Source: an uncultured Bacteroidota bacterium
GTDB taxonomy: Bacteria; Bacteroidota; Bacteroidia; UKL13-3
Length of the DNA: 64,000 nucleotides
Direction of reading: 5' to 3'
Assembly (NCBI GenBank): GCA_903883965.1
Contig: CAISCU010000006.1
Location: 4,103 to 68,102, forward strand
In this document: one piece after another, positions 9,087-20,335 of the stretch
Layout: the number at the start of each line of letters is the position of its first letter
Position numbering within the stretch: position 1 is the stretch's first letter
The notes under the pieces: model-generated
What the model saw: only the letters and a program-made list of their open reading frames with translations
Database searches by the model: none
Told to the model about the DNA's origin: nothing
Position numbers and translations under genes: made by a program

Positions 9087-10084
9087 TTTCCAGCGGTGAT
9101 GCTGTTTCTTATATGGTCTATTTTGTCGCGCATGAGTCTAAAAAACTGGTTCCTTTGTTTTTCTGCAATGCCACTGAGCAAGGTTGATTTTTTAACTAAA
9201 TTTTTTAACCAATGTTCGTTTTCGTTTACAAAATCGGCATTGGTAGTGCTCATCATGTTGAATGTATTGTTGCTCACATAAGCAATTTTAGTGGTGCCAA
9301 TGTTTGCCAATATACTGTTGTTACCAATCATCACCTCACTCTTGTAAAACCTAAAATTGTCGGGGTTTGAGGTATCACCCATTTTATTTCCTTTGGCTAC
9401 TTTTTCTTGTAATTGATTGATTTCTTCATTCAATAAATCACAAATTAATAAAGCATCTGATTTCTTTTTAAAAAAGCCCGATTCCCAAAAGTATTCTATT
9501 TGTTTGAGTGTGCTGTTAATGGTGTCTTCAGTCCAGATTTCTATAGAAGTTGTTTGATTGTAATTGTTGAGCAAGTCTTTGGCATAGGTAATTAAATCAT
9601 GGTCTATTTCTTTAGGGTCAAACAATTTGTCGCTGAATTCAGGTGCACACAAGATGCACTTGAGCCAATAAAACAACTTAAACGAAATCATTTCATCGCT
9701 AAAAAAATGATGCCAAACTGGAACATCATCAGCCGCATACAAAATTTCATTTGAGCTAGAGGCAGCAATTTTTTTGATGTCATTTCCCATGGCATGCAGC
9801 CACAATTTAAAATTGTCTTTTTTGTCATCGAGTTTCAAATAATCAAAACTCACTTTGTTGGCCAAATGTTGCAATTCTGGTTCAAAAGAAACCTTGAAGT
9901 GTTTACAAATCAGGGTAATTTCGGCAATATTGAAAAGTGTTTCGCAACGTATTCTTCTGTACGCACTGTCTGTACTCAACGACAACAAATCGGCCAGTTC
10001 ATCAACAAATGAAACATTGGTTGGCAATGCTGATTTAATTTGCTGTATAAACTTGTCTTGAATAATTTTTGCATTCTCTTCCAT
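9083..10084 (-). CDS. Hypothetical protein with N-terminal HTH-like segment
   Basis: Start re-picked at MEENAK, which leaves a 66-bp gap to phoD; VDELADLLSLSTDSAYRRIR resembles an HTH. Confidence 0.45.
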   Translation of the reverse strand: MEENAKIIQDKFIQQIKSALPTNVSFVDELADLLSLSTDSAYRRIRCETLFNIAEITLICKHFKVSFEPELQHLANKVSFDYLKLDDKKDNFKLWLHAMGNDIKKIAASSSNEILYAADDVPVWHHFFSDEMISFKLFYWLKCILCAPEFSDKLFDPKEIDHDLITYAKDLLNNYNQTTSIEIWTEDTINSTLKQIEYFWESGFFKKKSDALLICDLLNEEINQLQEKVAKGNKMGDTSNPDNFRFYKSEVMIGNNSILANIGTTKIAYVSNNTFNMMSTTNADFVNENEHWLKNLVKKSTLLSGIAEKQRNQFFRLMRDKIDHIRNSITAGN

Positions 10085-10149
10085 CTGACTCAGTCGGTTT
10101 ATTTTCCCTTGAGTGCAAGTTAAATAAAATAACCTTACAAAATGAGGGC

Positions 10150-11517
10150 TTATTTGTATTTGGCTTTGAGATTTTTTTCGTGAATTTGATGGGTCCAATT
10201 GACCTTTCCATTTTTGTCAAAACAAGTTATTTCTAGTTGTCTTTGTCCCTTTTTATTACCCGAAATGCCTATAGTGCAATAATTGTTATCTACTACCAAT
10301 GTGCCTGGAATTCTTTGTGGGTTTTTGGCTTCTTCTGTTTCTAATACATTCGAAACACCAGAGCTCAATGGCGAAGAGGTAATGTCAATAAAAGGATAAC
10401 CCAATTCATTGGCATAACTACTGTCTGTTAGTATTTCTGTGTGGTGCCTGTCGCCACTTATAAATACAACACCACTTATTTTTTGGTCTACAATAAATTG
10501 TAACAGTTCTTTCCTTTCTTTTTGATACAGGTTAAATGATTCTTTGTCTGTGTACTTATTCAAAACTTGTCCGCCTGCACATATAAATTTAAAGGGTGCC
10601 CTGCTGTGTTTTAAATTGTTTTTTAACCAATTTATTTGAGTTGCACCTAACTGGGTTTTGTTTGCTTTTGTTTCATCGATATCGCTTTCACTTCTGAAGG
10701 TTCTGTCGTCTAATAAAAAGAAGGCGGCATCGTTGTATTTGAAACTACTGTATACTCCAGTGTTATTTTCTCCAAAGGTTTTGTTACCCCAATAGTCAAT
10801 GAAGGTTTTTCTGGTATGTTCTTTTAGGTCGTAACTTTCATTGCCGTCGTTGTCGCCATAATCGTGGTCGTCCCAGGTTGCATAATGCTGTGTTTTTGCT
10901 AAAAATGCCTGTAAGTTTTTGTCTGAACGCGTATGTTGGTATCGGTAATCTATGCCACTAGCAGATGTATAATCGGCTTCTCTCAAATAAGTATTGTCGC
11001 CTAACCAAATCATTAAATCAACCGGGGTATTGGCCATTGCTGTTAAAATTGCAGTGCCTTGCCCATAGGGTTTGCCCGGCCTGTCATAAGCACTGTCGTT
11101 CACATACAAGCATGAGCCAAACATGAATTTAAAATCGGGTGCCGGAGTTCTCCACTCCCACAATGTTTTTGTTTTAAAAGTAAATGGGTAATCGGCTTTA
11201 AATTGTACTTTTTTGTTCAAAAATAGTTGGTATTCGTAGGTGCTTCCAAATGCCAGGTTTGTAAGTACAATTTTAGTATTTTGTGGTTTACAAGAACCGT
11301 CTAATTCTAGGTCTTTTTGGCTCCAATTGCTTTCACTTGTTTTTTTATATTTGATGCTCAATTGCTTGGTACAGCTGGTTTGTATCCAAATCAATACCTC
11401 TGCGTATTCTGAATAGCCATTCATAGGACCAGCTAATACTTTGGGTGTTTGTGCACTTATTTTTCCTACAACAATTATGCTCAAAATGAGCAGTGTGATG
11501 AACCGAATGCTTTTCAT
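10150..11517 (-). CDS. phoD: PhoD-like alkaline phosphatase (metallophosphatase)
   Basis: Signal peptide; GDNTY, WDDHDYGDNDG and GDRHH motifs. Confidence 0.8.
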   Translation of the reverse strand: MKSIRFITLLILSIIVVGKISAQTPKVLAGPMNGYSEYAEVLIWIQTSCTKQLSIKYKKTSESNWSQKDLELDGSCKPQNTKIVLTNLAFGSTYEYQLFLNKKVQFKADYPFTFKTKTLWEWRTPAPDFKFMFGSCLYVNDSAYDRPGKPYGQGTAILTAMANTPVDLMIWLGDNTYLREADYTSASGIDYRYQHTRSDKNLQAFLAKTQHYATWDDHDYGDNDGNESYDLKEHTRKTFIDYWGNKTFGENNTGVYSSFKYNDAAFFLLDDRTFRSESDIDETKANKTQLGATQINWLKNNLKHSRAPFKFICAGGQVLNKYTDKESFNLYQKERKELLQFIVDQKISGVVFISGDRHHTEILTDSSYANELGYPFIDITSSPLSSGVSNVLETEEAKNPQRIPGTLVVDNNYCTIGISGNKKGQRQLEITCFDKNGKVNWTHQIHEKNLKAKYK

Positions 11518-11587
11518 TTCATAAAAATTAATTCAAGACCAAAAGGCTTGCGTTACTATTTCAAATAAAGGACTAAATTGCCAATTA

Positions 11588-11962
11588 ATGAAGCAATCCG
11601 AATTTAGTATCACTGAATTAAACGACCAAGAAAAAGCACGTTGGTATCAAATTGTGTTTGATTTAAAAAAACAGTTCGGAAAAAAACCAGACATGAATGG
11701 ACTTTTGTTCATTATTGGTGTTCAAGAATTAGGCGTTTTACGTGAATTCAATAAACAAGAGAAGCTTGAACTCATGCATATAGCAACCGCCAAACTACTC
11801 AGTTACCAAGGCTATTATGCCTTTGAAAAGACAGACAGCGATGGTTGGCCTCATTATACACTAATTCAAACGCCACCTTACCTTGATTTAACTACTCAAG
11901 AGGAATTGCTCAAACGATTGGTAATTCAATATTTTGAAGAGCAAGGTTTTTTTGAAAATTGA
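11588..11962 (+). CDS. Hypothetical protein
   Basis: 124-aa ORF with no recognisable motif. Confidence 0.4.
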   Translation: MKQSEFSITELNDQEKARWYQIVFDLKKQFGKKPDMNGLLFIIGVQELGVLREFNKQEKLELMHIATAKLLSYQGYYAFEKTDSDGWPHYTLIQTPPYLDLTTQEELLKRLVIQYFEEQGFFEN

Positions 11963-12017
11963 CGCATATTAAAATCCATTGATTTTTTATATTGCGATGA
12001 TGAAAATTGCAGTTCAA

Positions 12018-12896
12018 ATGAAAAAATATTTATTATTCCTGTTGATGTTGTTTATGGTTACTCAGACCCTAATGGCTCAAAAAAAGGCAACTCCTAAGGT
12101 TCAACATTCTCAAAAATATGCTCCTAGACCTATTCCAAAACCAACTGCATCCAAAGATGAAAGGCTAGTTGAAATTACAACCGATTTAGGGGTAATGGTA
12201 GCTAAATTGTACAATGAAACGCCTCAACACAGAGACAATTTTATAAAACTGGTGAAGGAGGGTTTCTATGATAGTTTGTTGTTTCACCGCGTCATTAAAT
12301 CGTTTATGATTCAGGGTGGAGACCCACTTTCTAAACATGCAGACAGCACAACCATGCTGGGCTCAGGAGACGTAGGCTACAAAATACCAGCTGAATTTGT
12401 AAAGCAATATTACCACAAAAGAGGAGCTTTGTCTGCAGCAAGAGACAACAATCCTGAGCGGGCTTCGAGTGGTTGTCAGTTTTACATTGTACAAGGAAAA
12501 ACCTATACCATAGAAGAATTAGAAAAAATCATCAATAGCAGAAATTTAAACAGAAAACAAGCCATGTTGTATGAACTGGCCAAAAATGATACCATTCAGA
12601 AAAGATTGGGCGAATTGCAAGCTGCAGGTCAAAAAGAGGCCTTCCAAAATTATGTAAAAAGTTTACAAGCTATTGTAGACAAACAGTACAATAAAAACGA
12701 ACCCGATAAGATAGATTACGATCAAGTAGATACTTATTTGAGAGTGGGTGGAGCCCCTCACCTAGACGGAGACTACACTGTATTTGGCGAACTGATGTCT
12801 GGTTTTGAGGTGTTGGATAAAATTGCTACTATTCAAACTTTACCTGGTGATAGGCCAGTTAAAGACATTCGAATGAAAATGCGCATGTTAAACTAA
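12018..12896 (+). CDS. Cyclophilin-type peptidyl-prolyl cis-trans isomerase, secreted
   Basis: FHRVIKSFMIQGGDP cyclophilin core; signal peptide from MKKYLLFLLMLF. Confidence 0.85.
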   Translation: MKKYLLFLLMLFMVTQTLMAQKKATPKVQHSQKYAPRPIPKPTASKDERLVEITTDLGVMVAKLYNETPQHRDNFIKLVKEGFYDSLLFHRVIKSFMIQGGDPLSKHADSTTMLGSGDVGYKIPAEFVKQYYHKRGALSAARDNNPERASSGCQFYIVQGKTYTIEELEKIINSRNLNRKQAMLYELAKNDTIQKRLGELQAAGQKEAFQNYVKSLQAIVDKQYNKNEPDKIDYDQVDTYLRVGGAPHLDGDYTVFGELMSGFEVLDKIATIQTLPGDRPVKDIRMKMRMLN

Positions 12897-12905
12897 GTTT
12901 TTTGA

Positions 12906-15449
12906 ATGCGTTTTATTTTCTGCCTCTTTCTTACTTTTCCGATGTTTCTGTTTGCCCAACAAGAAACAATTATTTCTGGTAAAATTCGCGATAACAGAAC
13001 CAAAGAGCCTCTGCCATATGTAAGTATGGGTTTTAAGGGTTTTGCAGGCGGTACTACTTCTGATTTTGAGGGTAGGTTTAAAATTAGCAGTAAGCAAGAG
13101 GTAGACAGTTTGGTGCTAACCTATATGGGATATAAGCGAAAGTCAATTAAAATCAATAGGCACCAAACGCAAGTACTTAACATAGAATTGGAAGAAAAAA
13201 CACAGGAGATGTATGAGGCCGTGATTAAACCAGGCATTAACCCTGCTTTGAGAATTATTCAGGCTGCCCGTGTAAATAGGAAAACCAACGACCAAGAGCG
13301 CTTTCCAAATTACCAACAAGATACTTATTCTAAACTTGATGTATCGTTAACCAATGTATCGGATGATATGAAAAAAAATCCGGTGTTTAAGCCTTTACAA
13401 TCTTTGTTTGATACCATCAATCAAATGAAAAATACTGAAGGAAAGCATATCATACCGGTAATGGTAAGCGAAACCTATTCTACGTTTTATTACCAAAGTA
13501 ATCCGGTTAAAACCAAAGAGGTCATTCATGCCAATCATTATTCTGGCATTGGGGTTAACAAGAATTCGTACATCACTGATTTGTTGGGAGGAGAACTCAT
13601 TCGCTACAATTTAAATGGTAATTTTGTGCGTTTGTTAGGTAAAGATTTCATGGGCCCAATTGCTGAAGGTTCTAACAACACCTATATCTATACCTTGCAA
13701 GATTCTGTAGAAAACAACGGTCATAAGAACTACAAAATACAGTTGAATTTGCGTCGTAAAAAAGACTTGGGTTTTGAGGGTACCATTTGGATTGAAGATT
13801 CTTCTTATGCCATCAACAAAGTAGATTTAACCATCAGCAAAGAGTCTAATATCAATTTTATTAATCGCATTCGCATTCAACAGGAATGGGTTCCAGTTGC
13901 CCAACAAACTTGGATGACCGCCAAGAGCCGAATTTATTTTGACTTTGACCGAATCAGTAAAAACAGTACTGGTGTTTTAGCGGGCTTTTATTTTATCAAT
14001 AGCAATTTTGATTTGAACCAAGACAAACCAAGTGATTTTTTTGATTTTCAGGTGGTCAACAATGCGCAAGAAGAAACAAAAGATACCAGCTTTTGGAACA
14101 ACAAGCGTTCAGAGCAATTGTCTAACATAGAGAAAGAAATGTTTTTAAAGGTAGATTCAGTGAATAATTTACCTGTTGTCAAAACATACATAGAAATAGT
14201 TCAGTTAATTGTGGAGGGTCACAAACGGATCAACAAATTAGATTGGGGTCCTTATTTGAGCCTTGTTTCGTACAATCCTGTTGAGCACTTGAGGCTTAGA
14301 TTGGGTTTTAAAACCAATTTTAAATTTAGTAATAAAGTTGCTTTGGGCGCCTATTTGGCCTATGGTGTGAAGGACGACCAATTCAAATTTGGATTCAATG
14401 CAGATTATATTTTTGATTCAAAAAAATGGACCAAAATTTCGCTTGCATACAGAGACGATTATGAAGTATTGGGCATTACCAATTCGCCCATTAGTTCGTT
14501 GGCAAACAATGGCATATTCCAGTTCTTTAATTTCTTTGCAGATAAAGTGAGAATGAATGCTACTCAAGAGTTCAAACTCAACTATACCAAAGGTTTTAGC
14601 AATTATTGGTCAATCAATTCAACGTTTTCTTTAGCTACATTTAAACCAGTTGGCATACTAAAAAATGAATTCAGTTTTTTACAAGAAAACAACCAGGGTA
14701 AATCAGATACTTTAAATAGCTATTTAAATACCAGTATAACCATTGAAGCCAGATGGGCCTATCGCGAAAAAATGATCACCAGAGGTAACCGCAGGGTTCG
14801 TTTGCAACAAGCCCGCCTACCTGTTGTGGTACTGGCTTACCAAAGGGGTTTGAAAGGCTTAATTTCTAATGAAGGCTTTGACTATGACAAGTTCAGTTTT
14901 ACCCTTTCGCAACACATCAATACAGGCATTTTAGGAACTGCAGATTGGTGGATTTATGGCGGTAAAGTTTTTGGAAAACTGCCTTATCCGTTGTTAGATG
15001 TGGCCAGAGGAAATGGCAGTATTTTATACAGCGATTACAATTTTAGTTTGATGAATTTTTATGAGTTTATCAGCGACCAATTTGTACATGCATCTTACGT
15101 GCAACACTTAGAAGGTTTATTGGTAAACAGAATTCCGGGATTGCGCAACCTGAAACTTAGAAACATGGTTATACTGAAAACAGCTTATGGAACGATTAAC
15201 CAAGGCAACTTAACTGTAAACGACCTTCATGGAATTAACAATACTCCTAACGACAATTACAAATACATTCAAACGTTTTCGCAAGGTCCGTATGTTGAAT
15301 TGGGTTATGGTTTTGAAAATATTTTGAAGATATTCTCAATTAGCTTCCATCACCGCTTGAATTATTTGAACATCAGGACTGAAAAAGGAGAAAAACCCCA
15401 TGATAAAAGGAGTTTTGGTATAAATCTGGGTTTACGTATTCAATTCTAA
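12906..15449 (+). CDS. DUF5686 / carboxypeptidase-regulatory-like domain outer-membrane protein
   Basis: Signal peptide, CarbopepD_reg-like N-terminus (ISGKIRD...PLPYVSM), about 850 aa beta-rich. Confidence 0.7.
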   Translation: MRFIFCLFLTFPMFLFAQQETIISGKIRDNRTKEPLPYVSMGFKGFAGGTTSDFEGRFKISSKQEVDSLVLTYMGYKRKSIKINRHQTQVLNIELEEKTQEMYEAVIKPGINPALRIIQAARVNRKTNDQERFPNYQQDTYSKLDVSLTNVSDDMKKNPVFKPLQSLFDTINQMKNTEGKHIIPVMVSETYSTFYYQSNPVKTKEVIHANHYSGIGVNKNSYITDLLGGELIRYNLNGNFVRLLGKDFMGPIAEGSNNTYIYTLQDSVENNGHKNYKIQLNLRRKKDLGFEGTIWIEDSSYAINKVDLTISKESNINFINRIRIQQEWVPVAQQTWMTAKSRIYFDFDRISKNSTGVLAGFYFINSNFDLNQDKPSDFFDFQVVNNAQEETKDTSFWNNKRSEQLSNIEKEMFLKVDSVNNLPVVKTYIEIVQLIVEGHKRINKLDWGPYLSLVSYNPVEHLRLRLGFKTNFKFSNKVALGAYLAYGVKDDQFKFGFNADYIFDSKKWTKISLAYRDDYEVLGITNSPISSLANNGIFQFFNFFADKVRMNATQEFKLNYTKGFSNYWSINSTFSLATFKPVGILKNEFSFLQENNQGKSDTLNSYLNTSITIEARWAYREKMITRGNRRVRLQQARLPVVVLAYQRGLKGLISNEGFDYDKFSFTLSQHINTGILGTADWWIYGGKVFGKLPYPLLDVARGNGSILYSDYNFSLMNFYEFISDQFVHASYVQHLEGLLVNRIPGLRNLKLRNMVILKTAYGTINQGNLTVNDLHGINNTPNDNYKYIQTFSQGPYVELGYGFENILKIFSISFHHRLNYLNIRTEKGEKPHDKRSFGINLGLRIQF

Positions 15450-15494
15450 GGAAGTTTGGGTATTTCCGTTTAAATTTGATTCCATATTTTAAAA

Positions 15495-17195
15495 GTGCAT
15501 AATCAAGTTTATACAATTGCCAAAGTTTGCAGTGAGTTTGGGTGTACACACGCCATCATTTGCCCTGGTAGCAGATCAGCTCCATTGTTGTATGCATTCA
15601 AACAAGAAACCAATATTACTTGTATTTCAGTCATTGATGAACGCAGTGCTGGTTTTATTGCCTTGGGTATTGCTCAGCAAACCGGTAAACCCGTGGTATT
15701 AATTTGTACTTCTGGTACTGCTTTGCTCAACTTTTTTCCAGCAATAGCTGAAGCCAAATACCAACAAGTTCCACTCATTGTTTTGAGTGCAGATAGGCCT
15801 CCAGAAATGCTCAATCAACAAGATGGTCAAATGATCATGCAAAAGGGTGTTTATGGCAAACATGTAAACAGTAGCCATGAATTGATGTGTGAAGAAGATG
15901 GCAGTTCTGACTTGTTGTTAACACAAAGAATTGTACAAACGGCATTGGTAGAAACAATGGAGCCAGGTAATAATGGGCCCGTTCATGTGAATGTTCCGTT
16001 GAGAGAACCACTTTATCCTCAGGCTTTATCAATAAAAACCCCCGCTTTAGCTGTGTTTGATAACATTTCAAATACGGCATTGCCATTTTCTTTAAAAGAT
16101 TTAGACCAATTTGCTCAAGCATTTAAACAAGCAAAAAAAATAATACTTGTGCTTGGCCAACACAATACAGATATAGAATTGGAAACTATTCTTGCTCGAT
16201 TTTCGAAACTAGAGCAGGTTGTATTGTTGGCTGATGTTGTTTCTAATCAACACCTACAATCTGTGGTCCCGAATTTTGATGCGGTTGTTCAATATGCCAG
16301 TCCGGAATTGTTACATACCATTGAACCAGATATGGTTATTTCATCGGGTGGGCCGTTGGTGTCTAAAGCATTAAAAATATGGCTTAAAAGTATCAAGCCC
16401 CAATGGCATTTTAGAATCAGCGAAGAGTTAAAACCAATCAACACATACGGAAATCTGACCCATTTTATTCGCAGTTCATTGCCAGTTTTACTCACTAGAT
16501 TTTTAGAAACAGCGCATTCAATTGAACCCATTACTGAGTCCTATTCAAAACAATGGGAACAACTTGGAGAGAAAGCGTTATCCTTACAACAGGCACTTTT
16601 TTCACAACAAAAATGGTCTGAACCCTTTGCAGTTTCAAGTGTATTAAAAGCCATTCCAACAGGCTCAATTTTACACATTGGCAACAGTGGATCTATAAGG
16701 TTTGCGAGCTGGCTTGGATTAAACGGATTTAACGGTAAAGTATTTGGTAACAGAGGAACAAGCGGTATTGAGGGATCTGTATCAACAGCTATTGGAGCAG
16801 CTATTGCTAACCCTTCGGCCATTCATTTTTTAATTTGTGGAGACTTGTCGTTTTTATACGATACCAATGCATGGTGGTTAAGCAAATTGCCACAAAATTT
16901 AAAAATTGTGGTCTTAAATAATGTTGGCGGAAAGATATTTGAATGGATAGAGGGTCCATCTAGATTTCCCGAACACCTCAATTTTTTTACAACACCTCAT
17001 CACAGAAACATTGCTCAAACGCTTGCTACTTTTGGCATTCAGTGCACCACTTGCAAGTCTTTAGATGCATACAACTTAGCCCTTTCAAGTTTTATACAAT
17101 CTAAACAAACCCATGTTTTGGAATTGGTATTTGATACCGAAATCAACTTGTCGGCCATTCAACAATTTAAATCTATACAACTCACTAATTCATAA
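15495..17195 (+). CDS. menD: 2-succinyl-5-enolpyruvyl-6-hydroxy-3-cyclohexene-1-carboxylate synthase
   Basis: ThDP-enzyme N-terminus (CPGSRSAPL); 566 aa; followed by menB. Confidence 0.9.
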   Translation: MHNQVYTIAKVCSEFGCTHAIICPGSRSAPLLYAFKQETNITCISVIDERSAGFIALGIAQQTGKPVVLICTSGTALLNFFPAIAEAKYQQVPLIVLSADRPPEMLNQQDGQMIMQKGVYGKHVNSSHELMCEEDGSSDLLLTQRIVQTALVETMEPGNNGPVHVNVPLREPLYPQALSIKTPALAVFDNISNTALPFSLKDLDQFAQAFKQAKKIILVLGQHNTDIELETILARFSKLEQVVLLADVVSNQHLQSVVPNFDAVVQYASPELLHTIEPDMVISSGGPLVSKALKIWLKSIKPQWHFRISEELKPINTYGNLTHFIRSSLPVLLTRFLETAHSIEPITESYSKQWEQLGEKALSLQQALFSQQKWSEPFAVSSVLKAIPTGSILHIGNSGSIRFASWLGLNGFNGKVFGNRGTSGIEGSVSTAIGAAIANPSAIHFLICGDLSFLYDTNAWWLSKLPQNLKIVVLNNVGGKIFEWIEGPSRFPEHLNFFTTPHHRNIAQTLATFGIQCTTCKSLDAYNLALSSFIQSKQTHVLELVFDTEINLSAIQQFKSIQLTNS

Positions 17196-17198
17196 ATT

Positions 17199-18023
17199 AT
17201 GCAGTCAACTATTGCATGGGAAACCATTCAACCTTTTCAAGAAATTTTGTTTCAGTTTTATGATGGCATTGCCAAAATAAGCATCAATAGACCTGAAAAG
17301 CACAATGCTTTTACACCATTAACTGTTAAAGAAATGTCTATAGCAATGGAAATTGCTAGACAAAGAGAAGATGTTTATTGTGTTATTTTAACGGGTGAAG
17401 GAGGCAATGCGTTTTGTAGTGGCGGCGACCAAAGTGTGAGAGGTCATGGTGGATACGTTGGGGATGATGGTGTGCCTCGTTTAAATGTATTAGATCTACA
17501 AATGCAAATCAGAAGAATACCTAAACCCGTTGTTGCAATGGTAGCCGGATGGGCAATAGGTGGTGGGCATGTATTGCATGTGATTTGTGATTTAACCATA
17601 GCAGCCGAAAATGCAAAGTTTGGCCAAACTGGCCCAAAAGTTGGAAGTTTTGATGGTGGTTTTGGCGCAAGTTATTTAGCCAGATTGGTGGGTCAGAAAA
17701 AGGCAAGAGAAATCTGGTTCCTTTGCGATCAATACAACGCTCAAGAAGCATTAGACATGGGCTTGGTAAACAAAGTTGTTCCGCTCGAACAGCTAGAAGA
17801 AACCACCGTAGCCTGGTGTAAAAAAATGATGGAGAAAAGCCCAATTGCGTTGCGCATGCTCAAAAGTGCGTTTAACGCCGAATTAGATGGGCAAGCAGGT
17901 ATTCAAGAATTGGCGGGTAATGCAACACTCTTGTATTATTTGAGTGATGAGGCGAAGGAAGGTAAAAACTCGTTCCTAGAAAAAAGGAAGCCCGATTTTA
18001 AGAAGTTTCCTAAGTTTCCTTAA
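17199..18023 (+). CDS. menB: 1,4-dihydroxy-2-naphthoyl-CoA synthase
   Basis: Crotonase fold with MenB-typical sequence ([13 protein letters not shown]). Confidence 0.9.
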   Translation: MQSTIAWETIQPFQEILFQFYDGIAKISINRPEKHNAFTPLTVKEMSIAMEIARQREDVYCVILTGEGGNAFCSGGDQSVRGHGGYVGDDGVPRLNVLDLQMQIRRIPKPVVAMVAGWAIGGGHVLHVICDLTIAAENAKFGQTGPKVGSFDGGFGASYLARLVGQKKAREIWFLCDQYNAQEALDMGLVNKVVPLEQLEETTVAWCKKMMEKSPIALRMLKSAFNAELDGQAGIQELAGNATLLYYLSDEAKEGKNSFLEKRKPDFKKFPKFP

Positions 18024-18843
18024 TTGTTTTTGCTGTAACCAACAGGCCATTTCCCTGTTTTTTGGGAGTGGTATAATCTAGTACCATGCATAAAATATTA
18101 ATGGGAATAAACAATACAATTGCTAGTGTTGCCATTGATTTTATGAGTAGGTTACCGTGCATGAGCAAGAGGTATAACCCGGTGCTGATTTCGTGGCTTA
18201 GTATTCCCCAAAACCCATAGGTATATTTTTTTGAAATGGGTTCAAACCCCGTATTTTTTAATTTATCTATTAACTCAGTTTCTGAATAAATGCGTTGCCT
18301 ATTGTGAATGTGTTCGTAATTGGGGTAACGTATACTAACCCAATTGAAGAACCCTGTTATTTGCTTGCCGTTTATGGGCACATATATCAAAAAAGTGGCA
18401 TCTTTTTTTAATGCTGCATGCATGTTTTGAAGTGCTTGAACATCTTTTTGTATGTATTGCAGCACACCTACGCTTAACAATACATCTGCTTTGGTTTCTA
18501 TTTTTTCAAATTCAATATCTGCTTGTTCAGAATAGAGGTTGTTACAAGGGTAATTTTTATTAAATAAAACACTTTGTGGTTGCTTATCTATTGCCCAAAA
18601 TTGCGCTTTGGGATAGCGATTGCAAAAAGGAATGAGGTATTGAGACTCTCCAGCTCCAACATCTATTGCAATGAAATTTTCTGGCAGGGTTTTGAGTGTT
18701 TTTTTCCAAACAGACAGAATGGTCCATTTTCTCAATTGTACATAATAATTCAGCACAAAAACGAGTCGTATTAGCACAGGATATTTGATCAACCATAATG
18801 GGTATTGGTAGTTCAAAATATTGCATTTACTAGCTATTTTCAT
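18010..18843 (-). CDS. Class I SAM-dependent methyltransferase with C-terminal membrane segment
   Basis: [11 protein letters not shown] (motif I-like); start re-picked at MKIASK to clear the divergent NUDIX gene. Confidence 0.55.
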   Translation of the reverse strand: MKIASKCNILNYQYPLWLIKYPVLIRLVFVLNYYVQLRKWTILSVWKKTLKTLPENFIAIDVGAGESQYLIPFCNRYPKAQFWAIDKQPQSVLFNKNYPCNNLYSEQADIEFEKIETKADVLLSVGVLQYIQKDVQALQNMHAALKKDATFLIYVPINGKQITGFFNWVSIRYPNYEHIHNRQRIYSETELIDKLKNTGFEPISKKYTYGFWGILSHEISTGLYLLLMHGNLLIKSMATLAIVLFIPINILCMVLDYTTPKKQGNGLLVTAKTIKET

Positions 18844-18875
18844 GTATCTTACTCGTCTATTTACCGCTGTAAAAT

Positions 18876-19430
18876 ATGGACAAATCTGCTCATTTACACA
18901 ACCCATGGAAAATCAATCATTCAGAGGTGACTTATGAAAACCCATGGATACAAGTTCATCACCACGCTATTTTACATCCAACTGGGAAGCCTGGAATTTA
19001 CGGGGTGGTTCATTTTAAAAACCTGGCTGTTGGGATTTTACCCATAGATGAAAATGGTTATACGTATTTAGTTGGACAATTCCGATTTCCTTTAAATGCG
19101 TACTCTTGGGAAATTCCTGAAGGTGGTTCTGCAATTGGAGAATCGCCATTAGAAACTGCAAAAAGAGAACTGTTAGAAGAGTGTGGTTTATTGGCCTCAT
19201 CATGGGAGCAACTCCTAGAATTACATCTCAGCAATTCAGCAACTGACGAAAAAGCAATTGTATATTTGGCACAAGGCATAAGCCTAGATATTGCTGATCC
19301 AGAAGACTCGGAACAATTACAAATACAAAAAGTACATTTTAATGAAGTTTACCAAATGGTGATGCAGGGTGAAATTACAGATGCCATTACAGTTGCAGCT
19401 ATTTTGAAGTACCAACTGATGAAACGGTAA
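18876..19430 (+). CDS. NUDIX hydrolase
   Basis: Nudix box GG..IGESPLETAKRELLEECG. Confidence 0.8.
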   Translation: MDKSAHLHNPWKINHSEVTYENPWIQVHHHAILHPTGKPGIYGVVHFKNLAVGILPIDENGYTYLVGQFRFPLNAYSWEIPEGGSAIGESPLETAKRELLEECGLLASSWEQLLELHLSNSATDEKAIVYLAQGISLDIADPEDSEQLQIQKVHFNEVYQMVMQGEITDAITVAAILKYQLMKR

Positions 19431-19435
19431 ACCAT

Positions 19436-19461
19436 AAAAAATGCCACATTTGCGGCATTTT
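19436..19461. terminator. Bidirectional hairpin between convergent genes
   Basis: AATGCC-ACATTTGC-GGCATT flanked by A-runs and T-runs. Confidence 0.45.
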
Positions 19462-19465
19462 CAAA

Positions 19466-20263
19466 TTACTTGTTAATCCAAATTTTCTTACTTATTCGGG
19501 TGTCGTTGATGCGAACCTGTACAAAGTATATTCCATTATTAAGTTCAGGTAGTTCAAAGCTGTATGCCTTGTTGCCCATGCCCTCAACACTGTTCTCTAG
19601 GTTCAGCACTTCTCTGCCAGTTAGGTCAACTAAAACAATTTCTATAGCCGCATTCTTTTTCAAGTCAAAAGCCAAGTTCAGGGTTTTGCCAATTACAGGG
19701 TTTGGATACAAACTCAATTGACTCAGGTATTCATTTTCATTGATTCCAGTTGCAGATTTTTCAGCAACAGTTAATTTTTGAGTTCTTGTAATACTTGTAT
19801 TGTTAGCAAAAGCACCATAAAAATCAACTGGGCCTGTACCGGCTGCCGGCGCTTTCCAAGTGAATGTCCATACAGCTGGGGTTGTTGATTTGGCCGCAGT
19901 ATGTGTAACATACTTTCCGTTTACTAGGGTATTTCCAGTACCAGCAGTAAGAGTACCAGCTAAAGTACCATCAGCAGTTTGAGGACTTACCTCAAATCCC
20001 TTTTTTCCACCGTTATTAACTGAAACAGTTATGGTATAATTGTTACCAGCTGTATAACCTTCGGCTGGAATGTCTGAAGTAATGATATTGGTTGTAGCAA
20101 CACTAGCTGTTCCTCCATGACAAGAAGGATTGGCGCAGGTTATTCCAGACTCAGCAGGCCCGCCGGCATAACCTGCGGGAGCCCCGTAAGGATATGATTG
20201 AAGACTGTCCATTCCAATGAAACCAAAAGCCAAAACCAAACCTATAGCGTAAATTTTTTTCAT
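19466..20263 (-). CDS. Secreted protein with T9SS C-terminal sorting domain
   Basis: Signal peptide from MKKIYAIGL; T9SS-type C-terminus ...GIYFVQVRINDTRISKKIWINK. Confidence 0.65.
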   Translation of the reverse strand: MKKIYAIGLVLAFGFIGMDSLQSYPYGAPAGYAGGPAESGITCANPSCHGGTASVATTNIITSDIPAEGYTAGNNYTITVSVNNGGKKGFEVSPQTADGTLAGTLTAGTGNTLVNGKYVTHTAAKSTTPAVWTFTWKAPAAGTGPVDFYGAFANNTSITRTQKLTVAEKSATGINENEYLSQLSLYPNPVIGKTLNLAFDLKKNAAIEIVLVDLTGREVLNLENSVEGMGNKAYSFELPELNNGIYFVQVRINDTRISKKIWINK

Positions 20264-20335
20264 GTTTTCAATTTTTGTTAGTAGACCAAATATAGGAATT
20301 TTAGGTTGCATGTTCACCTAAAAAATCCTTAAAAA